A stretch of 64,000 nucleotides of DNA, taken from Podarcis melisellensis (lineage: Eukaryota). The notes under the pieces were generated by a model, which was not told the DNA's origin, searched no databases, and saw only the letters and a list, made by a program, of their open reading frames with translations. Where the stretch lies: NCBI GenBank assembly GCA_964234715.1, contig OZ174276.1; one strand, 5' to 3'. This document shows positions 51,950 to 62,400 of the stretch, piece by piece. The number at the start of each line of letters is the position of its first letter. Within the stretch, counting starts at the first letter, position 1. Position numbers and translations under genes: made by a program.

Positions 51950-52704
51950 ATCGCGGCGCTGCTGTCTCAACCACTTGTATAGTTTCCCGCCGAGTCGACT
52001 TCGCTCTCTGAATCAGCGCCGTTTAATTTTGAGGCTCTGCAGAGTGCCTGTCTCTCGAGCACAGCCGGGCGCCTCAAACCCGGACCCTTTCCAGCTCCCT
52101 CGGCCTTCGGAAGACGATATGCGAAGGAGCAGCAGGAATTGCATTTTAAAGAGTTTGAAGTTAGGTTTTAAATAAAAACAATTTAAATGAAAATCCTACA
52201 GGCAGCTTGGAGGACAGCCCCCGAGGCGGGGAACGAGGCACCGCTAATTTGGGAGAGGAGGAACCTAGAATTACGAATTTTTGCATCAGCGGATTCCTTT
52301 CCGCGTCAGCTTTTGCATTGCTCCCGGAATGGACGTGAGAGATAGCGGTGGAGAAAGAGCCCAGATTTCTCTCTTATGTTTCTCTAGCGTCAACTCTCTC
52401 TTCAGTCTTCTCTCTCTTCCTGAGGAGCAAAAGGAAGGGGGGGGGCTTTATAAATGAAGTTCTCTCTGAAGCGCTGTTGTAAACGGAGAGGCGAGCTCCT
52501 CTATCAATTTCCTATCTCTAGGGGTGGAAAAGAGGCGGCAAAAAACCCCCCACATATCCCTGGGCCCTCCTCCCGTACGCATGCGCGCGAGAGGCATGGC
52601 CATTGGCCGGGCTGTCCCAGGGAGACGAGGAAGCGGCTGCTCGAGGCTGGGGAAGGAGCGAGGGCAGAAGCGGATAGCGGGAGTTTGTGCCTCGGCTGGG
52701 CGGC
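51950..52704 (+). promoter_or_regulatory. NUP85 CpG-island promoter / 5' UTR
   Basis: CpG-rich. E2F-like TTTCCCGC at 51983-51990; NRF1-like GCATGCGC at ~52579; ATTGG at ~52602. Confidence 0.6.
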
Positions 52705-52737
52705 ATGGAGGAGCTGGACGTGGAGCCTGCGGTCACT
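52705..52737 (+). CDS. NUP85: Nucleoporin 85, exon 1 (MEELDVEPAVT)
   Basis: Resembles the NUP85 N-terminus MEELDGEPTVT; |gtgcgt donor. Confidence 0.92.
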
Positions 52738-52891
52738 GTGCGTCGCTTAAGCGTGTCCCTCCCTCCCTCGCTCGGGGTGTTTGTGGGCCGCGTGGAGGGA
52801 AATGGGATCCGGAGAAGGAGGTGGGGCTGCAGGTGTCGGAACGGAAGGCTCGGATTTGGGTCCCCCCCCCTCGATCATGGGCAAGGAAGTT

Positions 52892-53020
52892 GAGAATTGT
52901 AGATTTGGAAGGGACCCCTGAGGGTCATCTAGACCGACCCCCTGCGATGCGGGAGTCTTTTGCCCAGCGTGGGGCTCGAACCCACGACCCTGAGATTGCT
53001 CTACCGACTAAGCTGTCTCC
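52892..53020 (-). mobile_element. tRNA-Lys-headed SINE with CR1-type tail (internal deletion)
   Basis: Reverse-complement match to 34737-34872. Confidence 0.78.
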
Positions 53021-53353
53021 ATTCGCCTTTGTGTCGGAATAGGCAGGTTTAAGAAGTTTCCTCCTCCTCCACCACCACCACCAGCAACCTCCTCTGCAAA
53101 GTGAGCAGAGGCAATAACGTCGTGACAGGGCCAGTTTTATCTTGCCTCCGGCCTTTCTTGCAAGGAGCTCAAGGCAGCATGCTGTGGCTCTCTTCTCCCA
53201 GCCCTATTTTAATTTTTCAGTTATAACAGCGCTGTGAGGTAGGCCTGGCTGAGGGATATGGGCGTTGCTCAGTGAGCTTCATGGAGTGTGTGTGGAGGAT
53301 GTTCATTCACATGCTTAGCCTAACCCCAACCGCTCCACTTAAGAGGCTTGCTA

Positions 53354-53579
53354 CAGTGGTACCTCGGGTTACATACGCTTCAGGTTACAGACTCCGCTAA
53401 CCCAGAAATAGTACCTCAGGTTAAGAACTTCGCTTCAGGATGAGAACAGAAATCGTGCTCCGGCAGCATGGTGGCAGCAGGAGGCCCCATTAGCTAAAGT
53501 GGTGCTTCAGGTTAAGAATAGCTTCAGGTTAAGAACGGACCTCCGGAACGAATTAAGTACTTAACCCGAGGTACCACTG
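53354..53579. mobile_element. Same MITE family
   Basis: TA-flanked TIRs; close match to copy 1. Confidence 0.85.
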
Positions 53580-53868
53580 TATTTACCTTACACCCCACAT
53601 CTCCATCTACTTGTTGCCAAAGAAGCATATAACAGATCCAAACCATGAACAGACAAAATCCTGACCGGTGGCCCTGTTCCTCAAGGCTTGGCCACTGACC
53701 AAACTGTGCCTCCTTAAGCTGTGCAGTCTTAAGGGCAGCTGGAGCCGGTTTGCTTTTTCTGGCAGGGTGCTGGGAAGCCAGCTCCCCACCTGCACTCCTT
53801 TGGCCAGTGGATGGGATCAGGCTGGTGTACCTGGGAGGCAGGGAGTGCCAGTGGCAGAGTAGTTAGAG

Positions 53869-55149
53869 CAGTGGTTCTCTTAAGTTTTTTCTCTGAGCCA
53901 TGCTTTCGAAATAAAAATTTGCTCATACCACACCAAATTTTTTATTGGTGGTACAATGGCTTCTCTTGTTCCAAAAACTCCCTTTATTCATTCTTCAGCT
54001 CCAACACCTAATTAAAAACAATTCTGCTGGACAGCCAGCAAACCTCCGAGTGCAGGAAATGTTTTGGTTCCATGTCTTTGCAGAGTCAAGCAAATAACCG
54101 TGTTTTTTAAAATTTTTATTTCAAAACAAAAATTACAAACATCAAATTCAAAATACATATTCATTTTCTGACATAAGCCTATTACATAGATTACCTAAAT
54201 TAAAATATATCTAAATGCTCTAGGCTTCCTTTTGCTATATGTAAATACAACACAATTAACATATTATAAATAATGTTATAAGTTCCCATATACCCCCACT
54301 CCCCTTCACCCATGTGTGATCTCAATATTTTACTTCTTCCATCTTGTTGTGTTGTTATATCAAATAACTCTGTTTTTAGTGGTTCTTCTTTGATGAAATT
54401 CACAATGTGCACAGCCTGATCTAGAACCAAGTTCAAATCAGCTACAAGGGTCTTGGTGATTAATGCCTCTGTGTAAAAAAACCCCTCAGTGATTTAATAC
54501 TACATCTGGATTTTTCTGTTTGATGAGTGCCACTGTCCTGATACCACAGTCCAAAGATGGGCTCGTGGGAGTGGTTTGGTGCAGGCATTATTATAAGAAA
54601 GAGTTAAGTTTACAGTAAGTCACCCAGCCAGGCCTCACTGCCATTATAGATGTGGAATGGACACTGCAGCAGTGAGAGCTTGCCGTGACTTGTCTGCACT
54701 CAGGCAGATGTTTATACAACCCTTATTCCCAAAGCAGCATACTCCGTTTGCCCCAAACCTCCCATCAAAGCTGGCTAGTGAGGCCACACATGGCAGCTAT
54801 CCAAGGCTTCTCCCCTCTCTGGGCCTAAAGCCCAGCATCTCAAGGACTACAGATAAGGACAGCATCAAAGCAAGTCAATTAACATATATCAAAGCAAGGA
54901 AACATAAACATATATGAGCTCATTCTTGCAGCAGCTGCTCATTATTTCGGCTGGTTATCTTGACTTATCAAGATGACATTTGCATGCTTTCCAGAACATT
55001 TCACTTTGGTTCAACACAGCTACCAAGCCTCTCATATTCCTTGTCATACATGGTGCTCCATCTGAAAAAATTCCAATACAAGAATCCCATGAAATCTCAT
55101 TTTCTCCTGCCACGCTAGTGTGGCGCACCACACCCTTTGAGAACCACTG
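53869..55149 (-). mobile_element. Degraded hAT (Charlie-like) transposon relic
   Basis: Inverted termini cagtggttctc/gagaaccactg. Minus-strand remnants ALITKTLVADLNLVLDQAVHIVNFIK and LCKDM..HSEVCWLS resemble Charlie/ZBED5-type transposase motifs. No clear TSD. Confidence 0.6.
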
Positions 55150-55411
55150 GGTTCCTCAAGCTCAGGGGTCGGAGCCCAGAGCCCAGCAGGACCGACAGCT
55201 CCCATCATCCCTGACCATTGGCCATGTTAGCTGGGACTGATATCACATGGCAAGGCAAGCAAGCATGTCCAAGATCATAGTAGGCAGTTGGGTTTGGTGT
55301 TGATTAAAGATGTAAGGGTGTGTGTGTGTTTTAATGGATAGAACTTGTGAGATGTTCTTCATAAGAGGGTCACTCTCTTCATTCCAGCTTTTGCTGCTGT
55401 CAGTGTATGTA

Positions 55412-55641
55412 CAGTGGTACCTCAGGTTAAGAACTTAATTCGTTCCAGAGGTCCATTATTGACCTGAAACTGTTCTTAACCTGAGGTATCACTTTAGCTA
55501 ATAGGGCCTCCTGCTGCCGCTGCGCAATTTCTGTTCTCATCTGAGGTAAAGTTCTTAACCCGAGGTACTATTTCTGGGTTAGCGGAGTCTATAACCTGAA
55601 GCGTCTGTAACCTGAAGCATATGTAACCCGAGGTACCACTG
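55412..55641. mobile_element. Same MITE family
   Basis: TA-flanked TIRs; internal match. Confidence 0.85.
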
Positions 55642-55739
55642 TAATTTAAGTTGCAGGTGTTGTTTTTTTTAAAAAGTGTACTTCGTAACAGATGTGTTTT
55701 GATTTCAGCATTGTTATCATATTTGCCTGTCTAATTCCC

Positions 55740-55823
55740 TTCCCTCCCTCCCTCCCTCCCTCCCTTCCTTCCTTCCTTCCTTCCTTCCTTCCTTCCTTCC
55801 TTCCTTCCTTCCTTCCTTCCTTC
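55740..55823. repeat. (TCCC)n/(TTCC)n microsatellite
   Basis: Direct reading. Confidence 0.95.
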
Positions 55824-55835
55824 TGTTTCAAACAG

Positions 55836-55929
55836 CTGATTCCAGAAATAAATTCTGACAAGAAACAGTTATGTTTCGAGTGGGGACCTGGGGAGATGCT
55901 GGTGTGTGAAACATTGTTTGGATCAACAG
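55836..55929 (+). CDS. NUP85: NUP85 exon 2
   Basis: [31 protein letters not shown]; 94 nt. Confidence 0.93.
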
Positions 55930-57606
55930 GTTGGTAACCTCTGTTACTAATGTCTATGTTTTTGATGAATTAATTGTAGTGAATAGGCCCACACAAGTGC
56001 AGGGATAGAAAACCTCGGGCTTAGGGATTGAATGTGGCCCTCCGGGCCAATCTATCTGGCCCTTGGAACCATCACCAAGCATTTCTGCGTGGCAGGAATT
56101 CATCCCTGAACTCAGTTAATGATATTTCTTGCTTGCCTGGGTGGAGACTAGAGAGGGATGTCTGAGTATTGTAGTCACTAGCGGACAGTACAAAGGTGAA
56201 GTTGTCATTTGTCGCTGCAGCTACTTTTAGTTTTGGCCCCGCACATCACTGGTATGTGGCCCTTGGAAGATCACCCAGAAGGAAATGTGGCCCTCTGACT
56301 GAAAAGGGTTCCTTCCCCACCCCTGCCTTAATTCTAGCAGAGTGTTGATGTGGAATTGCATATGGTGAACAGGAACATCCCAAGACAGAAAAAGTTGGTT
56401 AGAATTAGCTAGGGAAGAGAGATTAATTAGAATAAAGGTGAGAGAGAGAACAGAAGGACACAGAAATAGAGATTTATATTTTTAGACATTGCTGCTATCA
56501 ATCTTACAGGGAATACTGGTTAAAAATCATTGTCTGATTAATGTTTAATTTATCAATAATTATAACTACTTTGGCATTCAACTACAATCACCCCTTCTTT
56601 GTCCCTCAAAATAGACTTGCTAACTGGTCCTCCTGATGCCCGCTGATGTACATCAAATATCTTGGGCCACTGAACTTTCAGCACAGGCTGTATTAATGAA
56701 TTCCAGACTCAAAATGCCTGGGTACATGTACGCAAAACTTGACATGGCTTAATTTAGTTCAAGGGCTAGGGAACCTTTTCCAGTTCCATGGACCACATTC
56801 CCCATGGGGAAGTTGCCAAGGATGGCATCCTTGTGGCAGACAGAGCCTGAGGCACAGGTGTCTGTGGTTAGAGGCAAAATTGGGCAGAGGAGGTGTCACC
56901 TGGACTGAGAGAGGTGGCCTGGGGAAGGTCCACAGGGCCAGATAGAAAAGCCTGGAGATGTACATTTGGCCCCTGGGCCTGAGATTCCCCTCCTTGGACT
57001 ATATGCTTTAAGATAGGAATGGCAAACTTATCAGTACCTAGGTGGTAGCCCATGTTGGAATCCCATGAACGTGGTTCTGAACTCTTTGTTAGATCACTGG
57101 GACAAATTGTAATCAATTAAACAGCAGCCTTGTTCAGATATTTGCAACAGTAGTTTTCAGACTGTGCTTCTAGGAAACCTGCGAGATTGTCAGAAATGGC
57201 AGACAAACTTCACTACATGACATTTTGTCTGAGGCAGTGGCATGGCCCAATAATCCTGGGTTAACACCCCACATGAAAACATCCTACACAAAGCTTCAAG
57301 GGTGTAAGATTCCCCCCCCCCCCCAGCATATAAATCATGGCGAGAAAGATCCTAAGAATGAGGTCAGTTTAAAAACGAAACGAAACACTAGTACAAGAAT
57401 GTGTGTTAAAAGCATTCATGCCCTTGCCTTTACAGAGCTTGCATAGAACAGAGGGAATATAGAACTACTTTGGAATACATATGCACCCAGATAACCTCAG
57501 TGTTTTTTGTCATGTCCCACTGTGTTGTGGGGCTGATGCACACATTATTCCCATGGTGAACTAACGGTGTTTGGCTGTATTAAAACTTCTGTGTGATTTG
57601 TTTCAG

Positions 57607-57769
57607 AGGGTAAAGAGAAAAGGCCTGACTGCCCCTATGTCTACGTTGTTCGCAAAGATCTAGATATATACTCTCAGACTTTGAGGAAGCTTTTCAATGA
57701 ATCACATGGGATCTTTGTTGGCCTTCAGAAGGATGAGAAGGAAAAGCTTGGGAAGTCAAGGACTGCCCA
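57607..57769 (+). CDS. NUP85: NUP85 exon 3
   Basis: [55 protein letters not shown]. Confidence 0.95.
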
Positions 57770-58114
57770 GTAAGTGATCTAAAAATCTTCATGTTCTGAG
57801 ATCATCCAGGTAGGGCCAGGGTGCTATAGTGATTTACTATTTGATTTGCAACAAAACCCTATGAGTGTGAGTGTGCATAGAATTGCAGCCTCAGCATATT
57901 GATCTTATTTAATCTGAATGTTTCTTCTGTAGCCACTGCTATTTTCATAAATGTTCTTTCACTCGCTGTCTACCAGAGGGATGCAACACCCTAAATAATG
58001 CTGAGGGATACCAGTTCATACTGCTTTCCAAGCTCATGCCCGGTGCTTGGAAAGGGTCTGTCCGTAATTTTTTCTTTTTAACCCATTCTAACCAGACTCT
58101 TCTACTTTTGTCAG

Positions 58115-58185
58115 GTTGGTTCGAGTGAGCAAAAACTACCGCTCAGTCATAAGAGCCAGCATGGAAGATTCTCATCAGTTAGCTA
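58115..58185 (+). CDS. NUP85: NUP85 exon 4
   Basis: LVRVSKNYRSVIRASMEDSHQLA. Confidence 0.95.
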
Positions 58186-58704
58186 GTAAGTTGTCCTACA
58201 GTGTTAATGTGAAATGTGGTGGACTTGAGTCCACAATATATGTATTTTTTTGTTTTGGCAAGCTGATCCAAACGTATGCATTTATTGTGTATACTTGTTT
58301 ATAAATTCTGTTGATTTTATTTTAAACAGTTTTATTATGTCTTACTTGTTTTTGAGATATGTTGATTATATTTTGAGAAATGCTATTTTGTGTAAACTGC
58401 TTAGAGATTTTTATCAAGTGGTCTATTTGTAGATTTTGTAATCTATGCTCTTCATTCAGTGAGCTACGCTACTAAGTGGTCTATACAATGTAATTTGTGA
58501 GATGATAACAATAAGAAAGTAGTCTGAATGGCTCATGAAATTGAGCTGCTCTTACAAGAAGTCAGTTTGGAAATCTTTTGAATCCCAGGCTCCACTGGGG
58601 CCCATAAGGTTCAGGTGATGGGGCCTTGGCACAGGAATAAGAACTACAGCCTTTTGAATGTAGCTGATAAAAGTGCTAATTAACTAAGTACACTGAAGAA
58701 TGTA

Positions 58705-58945
58705 CGGTGGTACCTCGGTTTATAAACAGTCCAGTTTAAGAACGAATCAGTTTACAAACACCGCAAAACCAGAAATAGTGTGCCAGTCTGAGAACTTTAC
58801 CTCAGTCTAAGAACAGAATCCGAACAGTAGAAGGGCAACGGTGGTGGAAGGCCTCATTAGGGAAAGTGTGCCTTGGTTTAAGAACGTTTTTGGTTTAAGA
58901 ACGGACTTCCGGAACAGATTAAGTTTGTAAACTGAGGTACAACTA
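58705..58945. mobile_element. Related Tc1/mariner-type MITE (different internal sequence)
   Basis: cggtggtacctcggtttataaac...gtttgtaaactgaggtacaact, TA flanks. Confidence 0.75.
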
Positions 58946-59053
58946 TACTGGTCTCTCCATACAGAATGGTAGATCTGGAGTGTAAATGTTTCTTTGGCTC
59001 AGAGAGCTAAGAAAAAGGAGAAAACCCTGACTTGTATATATTTCTTTTGTTAG

Positions 59054-59097
59054 TTTCAACACAGGACCCAGCAATCCACATGCAACACAGCACTGAG
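59054..59097 (+). CDS. NUP85: NUP85 exon 5
   Basis: ISTQDPAIHMQHSTE; 44 nt; phases fit the neighbouring exons. Confidence 0.88.
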
Positions 59098-60133
59098 GTA
59101 ACCTAAATATATATATTTTTGGTGACATTTGAGAATAACTTTTTTGCTAGCATCTGCCACAGAGCTTTGCAGCACTGCTAATTTCTATTCAGTTAGTTTT
59201 TTGGATTTTGTCAGAATCTCAACTGCTCTTGTTGCTTAATTGTCTTGGAAATACAGGCCTACCTTGGAGGTGTTGTGGGTTCGGTTGCAGACCACCGCAA
59301 TAAAGCACTGACAGAAATTTTCCAGAAAGAACAAGTACCATGATAACTTATAGTTATCTAGCACTGTCAGCAACTGCAACCTGTCATAAACTCAGTTCTA
59401 AGCTGTATTCATATTTATTAAATTTCTGTCCCTCCTTTCATCTGAAGGTCACAGAGCGGTTAGCAATATATTAAAAGTATTGCTATACATTCTATAAAGT
59501 GGAGTTCATCTAGTTGTGCACAGGATATTACTCACTGTAGTTTGATCTTTGTATTTAAAAAAAGTAAATAAAAAGGAGATATTTAGTGCCTGTGGAAGCA
59601 GCCAGATACTAATAAACCATGACAAAATCTTCTGAAGTGATATCCTATGCTACCAAAAATGCTTGCTGTTCTTGGTGGCCAACCACGCAAATTTGTTCTC
59701 ACCACTGAGATTGGCTCTTAAGAGGCGTAGGGTCTTGTGTAACACAATGCTGAGTTTCAAAGGTACTCAAGACAGCAGAGGAGCAAGCACAAACCTCTGG
59801 ATGAATCACTTCCCCACCTCCAGGAAAAAGAGGGAGGAAGGGATGCTTCAGATTCATGCCTACAAGGTGAACTTTAAGAACTGGTGTAGCATTGTGCCAA
59901 CCAGCACCCTGGCTGCTGCATTCAGCACTGGTTGCAGCGTCCAAACTCTCTCCAAGGGCAGCCCCACGTAGAGTGCATTGCAGCAGCCTAGCCTTGAGGT
60001 TGCCAGAACGTGGATCCCTGAAGCCAAGCTGCCTCTGCTCAAGAAAAGCTGTAGCTAACATATTCATGTGAAGTTGACTCCAAGCTCAACACGTTATGTG
60101 TGTCATCTTTAAATTGGCGTCTGTTTTCCTCAG

Positions 60134-60203
60134 GTGTCCACTTTGTCTGCGATGGAGTTGATCTGGAATCTTTGTGAAATCATGTTCATCGAAGCAGCAC
60201 CAG
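60134..60203 (+). CDS. NUP85: NUP85 exon 6
   Basis: [23 protein letters not shown]. Confidence 0.95.
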
Positions 60204-60292
60204 GTGAAAATTGGACTAAAATGAAGTCAAAATGGCATGTTTTTTGTGTTGGAAGTATCTGCAGGTTGCTTTTTTAAAAAAACAACGAGATA

Positions 60293-60540
60293 CAGTGGTA
60301 CCTCAGTTTTCGAATGTAATCCATTCTGGAAGACCGTTTGAGTTCCAAAACGTTCAAAAAACCAAAAACACAGTACAGAAGCCTCAAAATGTAAAACTCA
60401 AAACGGAAAACTCAATACAGAAGCCGCATTTCATGTTTGACGTCCGAGGCACCTTCGGAAACTGAAGCACTTCCGGCTTTTCGGCATTTGAAAACCAAAA
60501 CCTCCATCAATGGAGATGTTCGAAAACCGAGGTACCACTA
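60293..60540. mobile_element. Related Tc1/mariner-type MITE
   Basis: cagtggtacctcagttttcgaa...ttcgaaaaccgaggtaccact, TA flanks. Confidence 0.8.
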
Positions 60541-60543
60541 TAC

Positions 60544-60789
60544 AAGAAGAAGAAGAAGAGTTTGGATTTGATATCGCGCTTTATCACTACCTGAAGGAGT
60601 CTCAAAGCGGCTAACATTCTCCTTTTCCCTTCCTCCCCCACAACAAACACTCTGTGAGGTGAGTGGGGCTGAGAGACTTCAGAGGAGTGTGACTAGCCAA
60701 AGGTCACCCAGCAGCTGCATGTGGAGGAGCGGAGGCCCGAACCCGGTTCTCCAGATTACAAATCTACCACTCTTAACCACTACACCACT
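60544..60789 (-). mobile_element. Squam3-like tRNA/CORE SINE
   Basis: Minus-strand head tggtgtagtggttaagag, CORE-like gggtgaccttt, (CTT)n tail. Confidence 0.82.
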
Positions 60790-61475
60790 CTCAAGGGAAT
60801 GTCCTCAAAGTTATCTCCTAAACTGCCCCCTTAATTGCCCAGAGATGTCACAGAGTGAAGGAGAAGCCTTGCCTTCAGAGCAGTGGCTGGTGCTTCAAGG
60901 ATTGGCACTCTTCAGGCAAGAAGGGGGGCAGCCTAGATGGGATAGACTGGGTGGAGGCACTTCTAAGGCCTCGTCCAACTCCAGCCTTGTCTCCAGAGCT
61001 TTCTGTAGTGCTGCAACCAATGGCCCACCTTGCTTTGTGTGTGTTTGCTCTGGATGGTCAGAACAGTGCCAGCATATGCCATGGACCCATGTATTGGGGG
61101 TGGAGGGACGAATTTGAGGTGACTTCCCATGACATGTATGCCCAGCGAGTTAATTCACATGTGAGCTCATTACGGTAAACCTGGATAACCTTCTGTGTAG
61201 GAAATGGTTTTTTGTTTGAAGTTGCTCACAGAGCATCAGCGAGCAAGTAAGAGTGACATTCTCCAATAACATTAGCTAAGGCAGAGCAGACAGCATTTAT
61301 TCTCATCTGCGGGCTAGCACAGTAGGTTAAAGGAGAAGAGAGTAAAAGCATGTGAGTTTATGCACCCTTTTCAGAAGCATAGTCCCTTAAGCTCAAATAT
61401 TTTTGTGCACACTCGAAAAACATAAGAATTGGGGGGGGGCGCGCTAAGATTTATTTTCTGGCAAAGCAGCAGCAA

Positions 61476-61707
61476 AAGAAGAGTTTGGACTTGATATTCC
61501 GCCTTTCACTCCCCTTAAGGAGTCTCAAAGCGGCTAACAATCTCCTTTCCCTTCCCCGCAACAAACACTCTGTGAGGTGAGTGAAGCTGAGAGACTTCAG
61601 AGAAGTGTGACTGGCCCAAGGTCACCCAGCAGCTGCATGTGGAGGAGCTGGGAAGTGAACCCAGTTCACCAGATTACGAGTCCACTGCTCTTAACCACTA
61701 CACCATG
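61476..61707 (-). mobile_element. Squam3-like tRNA/CORE SINE
   Basis: Close match to 60544-60789. Confidence 0.82.
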
Positions 61708-61731
61708 CAGAAACAAATATCTTTTTTGCAG

Positions 61732-61853
61732 CTGGTTCTCTCCTGCGTCACCTCCTTGACTGGGTTCGTCTTCATGTGTGTGATGTGGACAACATGCTTT
61801 GCGATGTTCTGAGGAACGAAAGCCCCGCAAAACACAAAAACTTCTGGGATGCG
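61732..61853 (+). CDS. NUP85: NUP85 exon 7 (gene continues beyond the window)
   Basis: [41 protein letters not shown]; |gtgagt donor. Confidence 0.95.
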
Positions 61854-62400
61854 GTGAGTGAGGAATTTTCTTAGCCAGAAAGCATTTGCTTCACTCCCCC
61901 CCCCCGAAAGAAACCTAGTTCGAACCAAAAATAAAGGGCTACTAGGAACGAGTTCTATGAAATGTGCGAGATCTTTTTAGTTCAAAGCAAACAGAATCAT
62001 CATGAGGAAGGAAGACAGTTACATGTTAAGCATCTGTCAATGTAAGTTGGAAGTGCTATGTACCAATAATATTTTTTTGAGCTGATGTTTCAAGACCTTT
62101 CCCCAGCAAGATATGCACAAGGGATTTGAGTGCAAGGCAGTAGTTTGTAGCTCTGTGATTGCGATAGATCACTCTGGGTGCAGAGTGAAGCTGGAGGTAT
62201 CGATGCCGATGTTCTATCTAGCAACAGACGCACGGTCAGGTCTGCATAATGGCAGCATGTTTTTTTGTAGTAGGAAGAGGAATAGTCCTTTACATTCGTG
62301 CTACTTCATGGCTTGGTTGATTGGACTAGTCTCTTCTTTAGGATGCTTACTTTTCATAAGCTGCTGTATGTGCCACTGCAGCTGCATGCATATCGATTTA

